Below, piece by piece: positions 32,925-44,083 of a stretch of DNA of 64,000 nt. The notes beneath the pieces were generated by a model. The model saw only the letters and a list, made by a program, of their open reading frames with translations, was not told where the DNA came from and did no database searches. The DNA is from Acidimicrobiia bacterium. GTDB taxonomy: Bacteria > Actinomycetota > Acidimicrobiia > Spongiisociales > ZC4RG35. Every line of letters starts with the position of its first letter. The first letter of the stretch is position 1. The DNA lies in NCBI GenBank assembly GCA_965203555.1, contig CBDBCY010000004.1:1984001-2048000 (forward strand), read 5' to 3'. Position numbers and translations under genes: made by a program.

Positions 32925-33401
32925 GTGAAGTCGGCGGGGGCCCGGAGGCGGGCGCTGCGCAGTCTGCTGGCCCGGGGAGATGCAGCGGAGCAGGCCGACT
33001 TGGCCAGGGAACTGGCCACCGAGGGATACGCGGTCAGCCAGTCCACCATCTCTCGAGACCTCCGCTACCTGGGAGCGATCAAAGATCAGGATGGCCACTA
33101 CCGACTAGTCTCACCCAATAACCGGTCCGACCACCTCAATGACCCTGAACGAAGGCTGACCAAGGCAATCAACACCTACACCGTTTCGATCGAGGCTTCG
33201 GCCAATCTGGTGGTGTTGAAGACCTTCCCCGGCGCCGCTTCGGTGGTGGCCTCCGCACTGGATGCCGCTTTTGAAAGAGGAGAGGTCGGGGACGCCTTGG
33301 GGACGGTGGCCGGCGATGACACGGTCCTGGTGGTGGCGGCCCAGCCCGCCGGCGGTCGGAATCTGAAGAAGCAACTGGAGCGAATTGGGGAGATGGTATG
33401 A
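32925..33401 (+). CDS. argR: Arginine repressor
   Basis: Q..L...L...[19 protein letters not shown]. Confidence 0.96.
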   Translation: MKSAGARRRALRSLLARGDAAEQADLARELATEGYAVSQSTISRDLRYLGAIKDQDGHYRLVSPNNRSDHLNDPERRLTKAINTYTVSIEASANLVVLKTFPGAASVVASALDAAFERGEVGDALGTVAGDDTVLVVAAQPAGGRNLKKQLERIGEMV

Positions 33402-34582
33402 CCAGAGTGGTGCTTGCCTACTCGGGTGGCCTGGATACCTCGGTGATCCTGGCCTGGCTTCGAGAGGTTCACGACGCGGAAGTGATCACTTTCACTGCCG
33501 ACGTCGGGCAGGGCGAGGAAGTTGCCGAGGCCCGGGAAAAAGCGCTTGCAACCGGCGCCGTTGAAGCGGTGGTCTCCGATCTTCGTGACGAGTTCGTCAG
33601 CGAAGCGGTGTTTCCCGCTTTTCGGGCCGCTGCCCTGTACGAGGGCTACTATCTCCTCGGCACTTCCCTGGCCCGGCCGATCATCACCGCGGGAATGATC
33701 GAGGCGGCCCGGCACTTCGGGGCGGATGCCGTCTCTCACGGGGCCACCGGAAAGGGTAACGACCAGGTGCGCTTCGAATTGTCCACCTACGCACTGCAAC
33801 CCGACATCCGGGTAATCGCTCCCTGGCGGGAGTGGGACTTGAAGGGACGCGCGGATCTGGTGGAGTACGCTCGCCGGCGCGGCATTCCCGTTCCGGTCTC
33901 ACCCGAAAAGCCCTATTCCACCGACGCCAATCTGCTGCATATCTCATATGAGGGAGGAATACTGGAAGATCCGTGGGCTTCTCCACCGGACGACATGTTC
34001 ACCCTCACGGTTGATCCCCGGCTGGCGCCGGACGAGCCTGAGCAGGTCAGCGTCTCCATCGAAAAGGGAAATCCGGTGGCGGTGAACGGCCGGCGCCTGG
34101 AACCGGTGGCCCTGCTGGAGGAACTGAACCGTTTGGGCGGTCGGCACGGGGTGGGTCGGGTCGACATAGTGGAGAACCGGTTTGTGGGGATAAAGAGCCG
34201 TGGAGTGTACGAAACGCCCGGAGGAACGATCCTGTATCACGCCCTACGGGCGGTGGAGTCGATCACGCTCGACCGGCAGGTGGCTCATCTTCGGGATGAA
34301 CTGGCGCCCCGCTACGCCGAGATGGTTTACAACGGCTTCTGGTTCGCTCCCGAGCGGTACGCTCTTCAGACACTGTTTGACGAGATGGCCGAGACAGTCA
34401 CCGGGGAGGCTCGGCTGTCGCTCTACAAGGGATCGGTGACGATCCTGGGCCGCCGGGCCCCCTACAGCCTCTACGATCCCGATCGGGCCACATTCGAGGA
34501 GGACAAGGTTTATGACCAGGCCGACGCCGGCGGATTCATCCGGATAAACTCCCTCCGGCTGCGGCCTCCGTCGGAGGGGTAG
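33398..34582 (+). CDS. argG: Argininosuccinate synthase
   Basis: [33 protein letters not shown]. Confidence 0.98.
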   Translation: MTRVVLAYSGGLDTSVILAWLREVHDAEVITFTADVGQGEEVAEAREKALATGAVEAVVSDLRDEFVSEAVFPAFRAAALYEGYYLLGTSLARPIITAGMIEAARHFGADAVSHGATGKGNDQVRFELSTYALQPDIRVIAPWREWDLKGRADLVEYARRRGIPVPVSPEKPYSTDANLLHISYEGGILEDPWASPPDDMFTLTVDPRLAPDEPEQVSVSIEKGNPVAVNGRRLEPVALLEELNRLGGRHGVGRVDIVENRFVGIKSRGVYETPGGTILYHALRAVESITLDRQVAHLRDELAPRYAEMVYNGFWFAPERYALQTLFDEMAETVTGEARLSLYKGSVTILGRRAPYSLYDPDRATFEEDKVYDQADAGGFIRINSLRLRPPSEG

Positions 34583-34585
34583 GCG

Positions 34586-35971
34586 ATGACCCTCTGGGAA
34601 GGGAGGCTGGGAGGCGTCCCTGCCTCGCAGCTGTGGGACTTCACCGTCTCAACCGCCGACCGTCGCCTGCTCCGAGACGACATTGATGGATCCATAGCCC
34701 ACGTGGAGATGCTCGGGGAAGCGGGGATCCTGTCGGGGGACGAGACGACGGCCATCGTTGACGGCTTGCGAGCCATAGCCGAGGAAGCCCGGACCGGTGT
34801 CTTCGTTTTCCTGGAAACCGATGAGGACGTGCATTCGGCGGTGGAGCGTCGTCTTGTCGAGTTGGTGGGACCGGTGGGGGGAAAACTCCATACCGGCCGG
34901 TCCCGCAACGACCAGGTGGCGCTTGATCTCATCCTTTACATGCGACGAGGGGTGGCCGGACATGCCAAAGGCTTGGCCCGACTGGCGTTGGTCCTGGTGG
35001 AGGCGGCCTCCCGGTTGGGTCCCGAGATGGTGGTTCCCTCCTATACCCATCTGCAGCAGGCCCAGCCCACCTTGCTCGCCCATCACCTTCTGGCCTACGC
35101 CCACATGCTGGTCCGGGAGCGGCAGCGCTTCCTGGATCTGAGCACCAGGTTGGATTCCTCCCCACTGGGGGCGGGCGCCTCGGCGGGATCGTCTCTTCCT
35201 CTTTCTCCGGACAAGTCCGCCGAACTGCTGGGAATGTCCCAAGCCTTTGCCAACTCATTGGATGCGGTCGGGTCGCGAGATCGGGCCACCGAGTATGTGT
35301 GGTGTTGCGCCCGGACCCTGGTTACCCTCTCCCGCCTGGGAGAAGACCTGGTCCTGTGGTCCACCCGGGAGTTCGGATGGGTCACCCTGGCCGACGAATT
35401 CGCAACGGGGTCATCCGCCCTTCCGCAGAAGAAGAACCCGGACATCGCCGAGCTGGCCCGGGGCAAAGCGGCCGGGGCTATCGGGGGCCTCACGGCCATG
35501 ATGGCCTTGGAGAAAGGTCTGCCGATGTCATACAACAGGGATCTGCAAGAGGACAAGGAGCACCTCTTCCGGGTGGACGACGACCTGGCCGGCGCCTCCT
35601 CCGCCTTGGCGGGGCTATTGGCGACTGCCCGCTTCCATCCGCCGCCACCGGCATCGGAAACGGCCGCCCTGGACCTGGCGGAGGCACTGGTCGGCAGGGG
35701 AGTGCCCTTCCGGGAGGCGCATCGGGTGACCGGTGGAATCGCCGCCCGCCTGGCAGCCGAAGGCCGGGGTTTCTCATCCCTCAGCGCCAGCGATCTAACT
35801 AACGCCCATCCCAGCTTCAAACCTTCCGACCTGGATCTGCTGGACCCGGTTGTCTCGGTCAAACACCGCGCAACGCCCGGCGGAGGCAGTCCCGAAAGCG
35901 TGGCAGTCCAGATCGACCACCTGCGCACCGAACTATCCGGTTGGTTGACCAAAGACGGAGGTTGGCAATGA
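34586..35971 (+). CDS. argH: Argininosuccinate lyase
   Basis: LW.GR, EDVH, HTGRSRNDQ, THLQ.AQP, GSSALPQKKNPD, YNRDLQEDK. Confidence 0.97.
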   Translation: MTLWEGRLGGVPASQLWDFTVSTADRRLLRDDIDGSIAHVEMLGEAGILSGDETTAIVDGLRAIAEEARTGVFVFLETDEDVHSAVERRLVELVGPVGGKLHTGRSRNDQVALDLILYMRRGVAGHAKGLARLALVLVEAASRLGPEMVVPSYTHLQQAQPTLLAHHLLAYAHMLVRERQRFLDLSTRLDSSPLGAGASAGSSLPLSPDKSAELLGMSQAFANSLDAVGSRDRATEYVWCCARTLVTLSRLGEDLVLWSTREFGWVTLADEFATGSSALPQKKNPDIAELARGKAAGAIGGLTAMMALEKGLPMSYNRDLQEDKEHLFRVDDDLAGASSALAGLLATARFHPPPPASETAALDLAEALVGRGVPFREAHRVTGGIAARLAAEGRGFSSLSASDLTNAHPSFKPSDLDLLDPVVSVKHRATPGGGSPESVAVQIDHLRTELSGWLTKDGGWQ

Positions 35972-36310
35972 GGTTTTGTGAGGTTCCCTGGCGCTCGCAG
36001 AAAGCCAGAAGGATGCGGACCCACCACCCCGAGGTGGTCCTCGTAGCCCCGGTTCGGTTTCGACATCTCCTGCGGCTAATACAAAATCGAACCGCCCCCA
36101 TCGACGGCGGGCTATGAAACCGTGGCGGATTAGGGCTTGAACTGTGTCAAGGCCCTCCGCATGTGGGCCAGAGCCCTGGGCTGGGGTATTTGCGCGCCAG
36201 GGCCAGAGGCTCCAGTCGATGGGAGAGAATACGGGCTTGGCGCCCTCCTCTGCGAAGGGATCGGCTGACCTGTCCTATAATGAGGGCCGTGTTCGCAGGA
36301 GGTTGCCGCG

Positions 36311-36646
36311 ATGATGAACATCAAACCCCACGAAAACGTTCCCCTTTCCGTTGATCACGAGTCTGAAACGATCCGGGTCGAGGGAGGGCGCCTCAAGTTG
36401 GACAATGTCATCATCTGCTATGAGATGGGCTACTCCACCCCCGAGGCTCTTCACGCACAGTACGACTTCATATCAGTAGGCACCATGCGGCGAATACTGG
36501 ACTGGTACCACACCCGCAAGGACGAAGTGGATGCTTACGTCGCTCACAACGAAGCCATATGGGAAGAAGCCAGGCGCTACTGGGAACCTATCTTCGCTGA
36601 GCGGCAGGAACGTACCCGGAGTCAGCGCGAGTCAGCCGCGTCGTAA
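36311..36646 (+). CDS. DUF433 family antitoxin
   Basis: IRVEGGRLKLDNVI...G..TPE.....Y...EVDAY pattern; RBS AGGAGG; lies upstream of a PIN-like gene. Confidence 0.75.
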   Translation: MMNIKPHENVPLSVDHESETIRVEGGRLKLDNVIICYEMGYSTPEALHAQYDFISVGTMRRILDWYHTRKDEVDAYVAHNEAIWEEARRYWEPIFAERQERTRSQRESAAS

Positions 36647-36676
36647 CCGCTCATAAGGGCAATATGATTGTGCTAT

Positions 36677-37066
36677 GTGCTGCTTGTTCTGATGGACGCT
36701 GACACGGGAATGGCTCTGTTTGAAGCGATACAAGCGGCGTCGGAAAGGGCAGGCGTCGATTTCGACATGATGCGCGCCGTTGATCTTCTGCCGCCGAGAA
36801 CCCCCGACAACGAAGTCTTGGAACTCGCTGCGAACGAAGGGCGCGTGACCGTGACTCACGACGTGAACACCATGCCCGCCGTCGCGGACTATCGCGTCGC
36901 CAACCGGCTTGCCATGGCGGGACTTATCTTGTCCCACCAGCAAACCCCGCCCTACTACGCGGCCCAGTGGATAGTGCATCAGCACGTTCAGAGAGAAGAA
37001 TGGGATCTCGGTTGGGAGGGGGCCATAGAGTGGGTACCCACGCTTAGGATACACTCTCGATTATGA
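36677..37066 (+). CDS. DUF5615 PIN-like (VapC45-type) toxin
   Basis: VLMDAD, PDNEVLELAANEGRVTVTHDV.TM; start may be 36668. Confidence 0.78.
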   Translation: MLLVLMDADTGMALFEAIQAASERAGVDFDMMRAVDLLPPRTPDNEVLELAANEGRVTVTHDVNTMPAVADYRVANRLAMAGLILSHQQTPPYYAAQWIVHQHVQREEWDLGWEGAIEWVPTLRIHSRL

Positions 37067-37354
37067 GGGCTCTAGGCGATGAGGGAGCGGGCCGGACCGG
37101 TTTGTTGGTGCTTGGTTGTGCCAGGTGATCGGGGTGAGGGCGAGGATTCAATGCAATACCCGGGCGTTGCCGCCGGTAGGAGTGCGTCCGCGTGGCGTTC
37201 GAGAGTGAGTTGGTCTCCGATGGTGTCATGCATCGATGCGATGGTTTGATGGACAAGGTTTGTGCTGACAAACACCCGAGCGGAGGCCGTTGGAACCTAA
37301 ACTGAGGGCCACTTCCTACTCAAGCCCGTACAGATCCCGGACAAAGCACATTAG

Positions 37355-38878
37355 GTGAACCGACCCAGCCTCGCCCCGCCCACCCGTCCGCCGTTTTGGC
37401 GCAATGCCACCTTTCTGAAGTGGGCGGCCCAGATCGGAGTGCTCTTCGGGGTGGTCGCCTTGGGCTATGTGTTGATCGGAGAAGCCGCGGCCAACATGAG
37501 AGCGCAGGGGCTGTCACTCGACTGGGATCTGCTGACTGATCCCCCCGGCATCCAACTGGGAGAGGGCATCTTCATCAAACCCGACACCGGACTGGAGGCG
37601 TTCTACACCGGAGCGGTCAACATGCTGCGGGTCGCCATGTCGGGAATCGTTGCAGCCACGGTGGTGGGCGCCGTTGTGGGCATCGCCCGACTCTCTTCGA
37701 ATTGGCTGGCTTCCAAGTTGGCCACAGCGTTCGTCGAGACCGTTCGCAACATTCCGGTCCTGGTGCAGGTGGTGTTCTGGTTCTTTCTCGCCTCCATCCT
37801 GTTTCCTGTTCTGGCAGAGGACAGTTCCGGCCCCATCCCGGGAATCTTGTTGGTCAGCCGCAAGGGGGTTTCTTTCGCCTGGCCCTTCCCGCAGGAGACG
37901 TTCTGGCAGTGGGGCGCCTTCCTGGTGATAGGCCTTCTGACCGCCCGGTGGATCTACCGTACGCGGATGCGCCGCGCCGAAGAGCTGGGGGAAGACACAC
38001 GTCCTCTGACATGGGCATTGTTGACCTTCTTGGCTTGGGCTTTGGTGGGCTGGTTCGCTCACCCGTTGGCAGGGGCGGTGGGGTGGCTGTTCGGTCTGCT
38101 GGCTGCCCAGGTCGGCGCTGTACCTGTTCTGGCCTACCAGGGACTCTTGGCTCTCCTCGCCCTCTATTTGGCCTGGCGCTGGATTCACCGGTTCTTGGAG
38201 TCCCGTCGAAGCCCGGCCGGGCTGGCCAAACTAACCGACGACGACTATTTCCGAATGCTCCTGGCTGGGGTGCTGGGCATAGGCGGCGCAGCGGTCCTGC
38301 TTCTATGGCCCGGCATCACGGATCTAGGCGCTGGCGTCCTTCAGTCGATCTTGGAGTTCTTTGACCAGAAGTTCGATTTCCTGCGGACTGGCGCACCGTT
38401 GGCCATCGGGCAGCCTTCTGTTGAAGTACCGGGCCGTTTTCCCCAGATCGGGGACACCGGTATGACCATGACCCCTTCCTTCTTCGGGATCTGGATGGGG
38501 GTGACGCTGTACACGGCCTCCTTTATAGCCGAGATCGTGCGAGGCGGAATACTGTCGGTTCCGAAGGGTCAGAGCGAGGCCGGATATGCGTTGGGTCTAC
38601 GCCGAGGACAGCTTCTGCGAATGGTGATCCTTCCCCAGGCCTTCCGGGTGATCCTTCCTCCATTGGGCAACCAGTACCTGAATCTGTCCAAGAACACCTC
38701 CCTCGGCATAGCGGTGGCCTTTCCCGAGATGGTACAGGTCGGCCAGACCATGTTCAACCAGACCGGCGACACCATCCAGGTGATCCTGATCTGGATGGCG
38801 TTCTATTTAAGCATCAGCCTGCTCCTGTCGGTGCTGGTCAACTACTACAACAGACGTTCCCAATTGGTTGAGCGATGA
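37355..38878 (+). CDS. Polar amino-acid ABC permease (AapQ/BztB type)
   Basis: GIARLSSNW, FVETVRNIP.LVQ, IAEIVRGGI..V.KGQ.EA, NLSKNTSL. Confidence 0.93.
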   Translation: MNRPSLAPPTRPPFWRNATFLKWAAQIGVLFGVVALGYVLIGEAAANMRAQGLSLDWDLLTDPPGIQLGEGIFIKPDTGLEAFYTGAVNMLRVAMSGIVAATVVGAVVGIARLSSNWLASKLATAFVETVRNIPVLVQVVFWFFLASILFPVLAEDSSGPIPGILLVSRKGVSFAWPFPQETFWQWGAFLVIGLLTARWIYRTRMRRAEELGEDTRPLTWALLTFLAWALVGWFAHPLAGAVGWLFGLLAAQVGAVPVLAYQGLLALLALYLAWRWIHRFLESRRSPAGLAKLTDDDYFRMLLAGVLGIGGAAVLLLWPGITDLGAGVLQSILEFFDQKFDFLRTGAPLAIGQPSVEVPGRFPQIGDTGMTMTPSFFGIWMGVTLYTASFIAEIVRGGILSVPKGQSEAGYALGLRRGQLLRMVILPQAFRVILPPLGNQYLNLSKNTSLGIAVAFPEMVQVGQTMFNQTGDTIQVILIWMAFYLSISLLLSVLVNYYNRRSQLVER

Positions 38879-40611
38879 GCACTGAATCATTCGAGCTTGT
38901 GCCCCCTGAGCCTCCTCCGAAAGCAATGCGGATCGGGTGGCTGGACTGGGCGCGCAAGAACCTGTTCAACTCGGTCGCCAACGGAACCCTGACCGTGCTT
39001 CTGACGGTCGGGCTGTTGCTGGGGATTCTGGCTGTGTTGCGTTTTGTCTTCAGCCTGGATCGCCGCTGGGAAGTGATCCCGCCCAACTCCGCCAACTACG
39101 CGGTGGAAGCCTATCCTCGCGAGGACTTGGCCAACATGTGGTGGTCTCTGTGGATCATCGCTGGCTTGGTGGGCGTTTCCACGGCTTTTTGGGGAATGGG
39201 CGGCAGGGTGTCCGTGATCAAGGTCCTGGCGGCGGTCAGGGCGGTGGGGGCGACGGCACTGGTGGTGGGTGTGCTGTCGCTGTGGTCTCCCGCCGGAACC
39301 GCCACCCAGTCTCTGCTGGTGTGGGGTGGCGCGGCTGTGTTCGGGGCGGGATTGGCGATGATGCGGATGCTGCGGGAGGAAAGGGATACTTCGATGGCGA
39401 CGGTGCTGGTGGTAGTGGGCGGGCTGTTTGTGGCCCTGTTGTGGTACCTTCCCCTGGAATCCACCACCACTTGGCCCCTCACCTTTACCGCCCTGGTGGT
39501 CGTGGCCTTCCATTGGACCGGGAAGCTGTTGGGGAAATGGGTCTCGGCCCAGGTTGCGAAGAGAGTGCTCGTCCTCTTGTGGGCGGTTTCCTTTCCGGTG
39601 ATCTACATGCATATCCAACGCAGCCCAACATTGGTTTGGGAAGAGGTGACGCCATGGCTTCCCTGGGCGGGCCTGGTAGTAGCTGCCGGCCCGGCCGTCA
39701 TCTGGTTGGTGAGCCGGGCGGGAAGGGAACAGGCGGCCGGATTGAACTTCCTGCTGGGCGCGGTGTCCATCTTCTCCTGGGTGGTCCAGTGGCCGATGGC
39801 CATTCGGATCCTGTTTCTGTTGCTCACGCTGTTTTCCCTGGCAACACCAACCTTCGCCGCCAGCCGCCAGGCGCGGAAGATGTTCTACTGGTCATGGCTC
39901 GGGGGAGGGGCGTGCACCCTTTACTTCTTTTTACTGGGGATTGGCTCAACTGATCTGGCCACTCGGGGCCACTTCTTGGGCGGCTTCAACCTAACACTGC
40001 TGCTGGCTTTGGGCGGGACCGCGCTGTCCTTTCCCGTAGGCCTGATGCTGGCACTGGGGAGAACCTCTTCCATGCCCATTTTCCGGCTGCTGTCCATTGC
40101 CTACATAGAGGTGCTGAGGGGGGTTCCTCTCATCACAGTCTTGTTCTTCGGCGATAAGGTGATACCCCGGTTCCTGCCACCGGGACTGGACTTTGCCGGA
40201 GAGGCTAAAGCCCTGTTGGCAATCACGGCCTTCTCTGCGGCTTATCTGGCCGAGAATGTGCGAGGTGGTTTGCAGTCGGTCTCCAAGGGTCAAACCGAGG
40301 CGGCCCGATCACTGGGGATGAGCACCGCCCAGATGACCATGCTCATCACCGTTCCCCAGGCGCTTCGGGCAGTGATACCCGCCCTTGTCGGGCAGGCCAT
40401 CGCACTCTTCAAGGACACTTCCCTGGTGGCCATCATCGGGCTGGCTGATTTCTTACGAGTGGCCCGCGACATCGTGCCCAACCAGCCCGATTCTCTGGGG
40501 AGCATTCTCGAAAACCTGCTCTTGGCGGCCGTAATTTATTGGATTTTTGCTTTTAGCTTCAGTCGGGCGAGCCTACGACTGGAGAGACGACTAGGCGTAG
40601 GCACCCGCTAG
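38875..40611 (+). CDS. Polar amino-acid ABC permease (AapM/BztC type) with extra TM helices
   Basis: W.RKNLF.S, LALGR.S, RGVPLI, AENVRGGLQ..KGQ.EAA, FKDTSL. Confidence 0.93.
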   Translation: MSTESFELVPPEPPPKAMRIGWLDWARKNLFNSVANGTLTVLLTVGLLLGILAVLRFVFSLDRRWEVIPPNSANYAVEAYPREDLANMWWSLWIIAGLVGVSTAFWGMGGRVSVIKVLAAVRAVGATALVVGVLSLWSPAGTATQSLLVWGGAAVFGAGLAMMRMLREERDTSMATVLVVVGGLFVALLWYLPLESTTTWPLTFTALVVVAFHWTGKLLGKWVSAQVAKRVLVLLWAVSFPVIYMHIQRSPTLVWEEVTPWLPWAGLVVAAGPAVIWLVSRAGREQAAGLNFLLGAVSIFSWVVQWPMAIRILFLLLTLFSLATPTFAASRQARKMFYWSWLGGGACTLYFFLLGIGSTDLATRGHFLGGFNLTLLLALGGTALSFPVGLMLALGRTSSMPIFRLLSIAYIEVLRGVPLITVLFFGDKVIPRFLPPGLDFAGEAKALLAITAFSAAYLAENVRGGLQSVSKGQTEAARSLGMSTAQMTMLITVPQALRAVIPALVGQAIALFKDTSLVAIIGLADFLRVARDIVPNQPDSLGSILENLLLAAVIYWIFAFSFSRASLRLERRLGVGTR

Positions 40612-40623
40612 TTTGAGGGAGTA

Positions 40624-41379
<756 letters not shown>

Positions 41380-41696
41380 GATGCTCTCCCACCCGTTAGT
41401 TCGAGCAGTGGACGGCAGCGCTAAGGATGGCTACGTTCTGTCTTCCAAAGCAACAGTGACTCAAAGGCGGTTGCGCCACCTCGCCAGTTCTATAGCTTCT
41501 GAAACGGATTCTTGATCCTCGGAGCCAGCGGGCTCTGCGGCTTTATGGCGTTTTTATTTCCCGGTCGTAAAGCTTGCTTAGAGCTTCAAGGAAGGAAAGC
41601 GGAAGGTGAGAAATCCTAGGAGCGGTAAGCTACCCGAGACGAGGAGAGGGTGGTGACGATGAAGGTGACGAAGAGTACGAACCAAGGGAGGAACAG

Positions 41697-41891
41697 ATGA
41701 GCGACTCGATCAAGGGCTACATGGTCCGAGGCAAGAAGCGGGCGCCGAAGGTCTACGGAGTGGGCCGGGTGTGCGTCCAGCGGGGATGCGAGGTGAAGCT
41801 GAACCGCTACAACCGCCGCGAGTACTGCTACAACCACGCTCCCATTCGCTATCCGAGAGTCCGGGGACGAGTGCTTCCCGAAAACGCCTAG
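41697..41891 (+). CDS. Small basic Cys/His protein, 64 aa (putative zinc finger)
   Basis: Strong RBS GGGAGG; C-x4-C-x12-C-x2-H; followed by a terminator hairpin. Confidence 0.75.
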   Translation: MSDSIKGYMVRGKKRAPKVYGVGRVCVQRGCEVKLNRYNRREYCYNHAPIRYPRVRGRVLPENA

Positions 41892-41911
41892 TCGTACCGA
41901 ACGCAATGGTG

Positions 41912-41945
41912 AAGGCGGCCTTGGGCTGATCCCAAGGCCGCCTTT
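41912..41945. terminator. Bidirectional intrinsic terminator
   Basis: 14-bp perfect stem AAGGCGGCCTTGGG-ctgat-CCCAAGGCCGCCTT between convergent genes. Confidence 0.88.
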
Positions 41946-41961
41946 GGTTTAAGAGTCGGTC

Positions 41962-43911
41962 CTAGTCTTCGTCGCCGGCGGCCGCCATTTCCGCGATCTG
42001 CTGCACCACGTCCGCATTGGCCAGGGTGGTCACATCTCCAAGCTGCCGCTGTTCGGAGATGTCCTTGAGAAGGCGACGCATGATCTTCCCCGAGCGGGTC
42101 TTGGGAAGATCGTGGGTGAAGACGATCGACTTGGGGCTGGCGATCGGCCCGATCACCTGCCTGACGTGGGTCCGCAGTTCCCCTATCAACTGACTATCGC
42201 CGGTTTGGGTTCCCCGGAGGGTCACGAAGGCGGCGATGGCCTGCCCGGTGATCTCGTCCTTGCGCCCCACCACGGCCGCCTCGGCGACAGACGGATGGGA
42301 GACCAGGGCCGACTCGACCTCGGTGGTGGAGATGTTGTGCCCCGAGACCAACATGATGTCGTCCACCCGGCCCAGCAGCCAGTAGTAGCCCTCCTCGTCC
42401 CGTTTGCAGCCGTCCCCGGGGAAGTAACGGCCGGGGAAGCGTGACCAGTAAGTATCGACATAACGATCCGGGTCTCCGTAGATGGTGCGGGCCATGGAAG
42501 GCCAGGGCCGGTTGATCACCAGGTACCCACCCCCGCCCAGCGGGACCGAGGCGCCATCGTCGTCCACGACGTCCGCCGATATTCCGGGGAAGGGGAAGGT
42601 GGCCGAACCGGGCTTGGTGGTCACCACTCCCGGAAGGGAAGTGATCATGATGGCGCCGGTTTCGGTCTGCCACCAGGTGTCGACGATGGGACAGTTCTCC
42701 CCGCCGATGTTGCGGTGATACCACATCCAGGCTTCGGGGTTGATAGGCTCGCCCACCGTTCCCAGCACCCGCAACGAAGACATGTCGTGACGAGCGGGGT
42801 ATTCATCACCCCATTTCATGAAGGCCCGGATGGCGGTGGGAGCGGTGTAGAAAATGGTGACGCCGTACTCCGCCACGATCGACCACAAACGATCCAAATC
42901 GGGATGGTTGGGGGCCCCCTCGTACATGACGCTGGTCGCTCGGTTGGCCAAGGGGCCGTAGACGATGTAGGAGTGGCCCGTCACCCATCCGATGTCCGCC
43001 GCGCACCAGTAGATGTCATCGTCAGGCTTGAGGTCGAAGACGTAGGAATGGGTGGTCATGACCGAGGTGAGATAGCCGCCCTGGGTGTGGACGATTCCCT
43101 TCGGTCGTCCGGTGGTGCCCGAGGTGTACAGGATGTAGAGGGGATGCTCGGCCCCCAGGCGAGCGGGCTCCAGCTCGGTGGGCTGTCCCTTGACCAGGTC
43201 ATGCCACCAGTGATCCCGGCCTTCGGCCATGTCAACGCGGTTTTCGGTCCTGCGGACCACGACCACCGAGGAAACATCGGGACACCTCTCGAGTGCGACG
43301 TCGGTGTTGTCTTTCAGTGGGACCACGTTCCCGGCTCGCCAGGATCCGTCCTGGGTGATGACCACACGGGCGTCGGCGTCGAGGATCCGATCGGCCAGGG
43401 AGTCGGAAGAGAAACCCCCGAACACCACCGAGTGCACCGCCCCGAGCCGAGCGCAGGCCAGCATGGCCACCGGCAGTTCGGGGATCATGCCCATGTAGAT
43501 GGCAATCCGATCTCCCTTCCTGACCCCCAGGCCCACCAAGGCATTGGCGAACTGGCATACCTGGTTGTAGAGGTCCCGGTAGGTGATGGTGAGAGTGTCG
43601 CCGGGCTCACCGACCCAGTGATATGCCACCTGGTCGCCGTGGTCGGTCAGATGGCGGTCCAGACAGTTATAGGACAGATTGACTTCCCCGTCCTCGAACC
43701 ACTTGTAGAAGGGCGGATTCTCGTCGTTGAGAACCTGGGTGGGCTTAGTGAACCAGTCGATCCGTTCGAGAGCCTGGGTCCGCCAGAAATCGAGCCAGGC
43801 AGCGTCGGCCTCGGCGTGGACGCCCTCCCGGGCGTTGGCTTGGGCGGCGAATTCGGCGGAGGGAGGAAAGGTCCTCTCCTCGATCAGCAGGTTCTCCAGG
43901 GTTTCCGCCAT
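41962..43911 (-). CDS. acs: Acetate--CoA ligase
   Basis: YTSGTTGRPKG, GWVTGHSY, VGEPINPEAW, DTWWQTETG, PKTRSGK; RBS AAGGAG before the ATG at 43911. Confidence 0.97.
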   Translation of the reverse strand: MAETLENLLIEERTFPPSAEFAAQANAREGVHAEADAAWLDFWRTQALERIDWFTKPTQVLNDENPPFYKWFEDGEVNLSYNCLDRHLTDHGDQVAYHWVGEPGDTLTITYRDLYNQVCQFANALVGLGVRKGDRIAIYMGMIPELPVAMLACARLGAVHSVVFGGFSSDSLADRILDADARVVITQDGSWRAGNVVPLKDNTDVALERCPDVSSVVVVRRTENRVDMAEGRDHWWHDLVKGQPTELEPARLGAEHPLYILYTSGTTGRPKGIVHTQGGYLTSVMTTHSYVFDLKPDDDIYWCAADIGWVTGHSYIVYGPLANRATSVMYEGAPNHPDLDRLWSIVAEYGVTIFYTAPTAIRAFMKWGDEYPARHDMSSLRVLGTVGEPINPEAWMWYHRNIGGENCPIVDTWWQTETGAIMITSLPGVVTTKPGSATFPFPGISADVVDDDGASVPLGGGGYLVINRPWPSMARTIYGDPDRYVDTYWSRFPGRYFPGDGCKRDEEGYYWLLGRVDDIMLVSGHNISTTEVESALVSHPSVAEAAVVGRKDEITGQAIAAFVTLRGTQTGDSQLIGELRTHVRQVIGPIASPKSIVFTHDLPKTRSGKIMRRLLKDISEQRQLGDVTTLANADVVQQIAEMAAAGDED

Positions 43912-44083
43912 GGTGCGCTCCTTTGTCGTTTCTTGACTCGCTCCCCGAACAGGGGCGCTGAATCCGTTGGATAGGCCGATGATTTCCCGATATGACCATG
44001 GTAGGTGACAAATCGGCCGGTCGCGTTGTTCCCACCCGTGAAGTAACAAGGCAAGTGTTTGTCAACTGCTGCCGGTCTTGGGA

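Noticed and set aside
37072-37275. 67-aa minus-strand ORF or transposase remnant
   Set aside because: It has no recognisable motif, RBS or terminal inverted repeats; it cannot be supported without a search.
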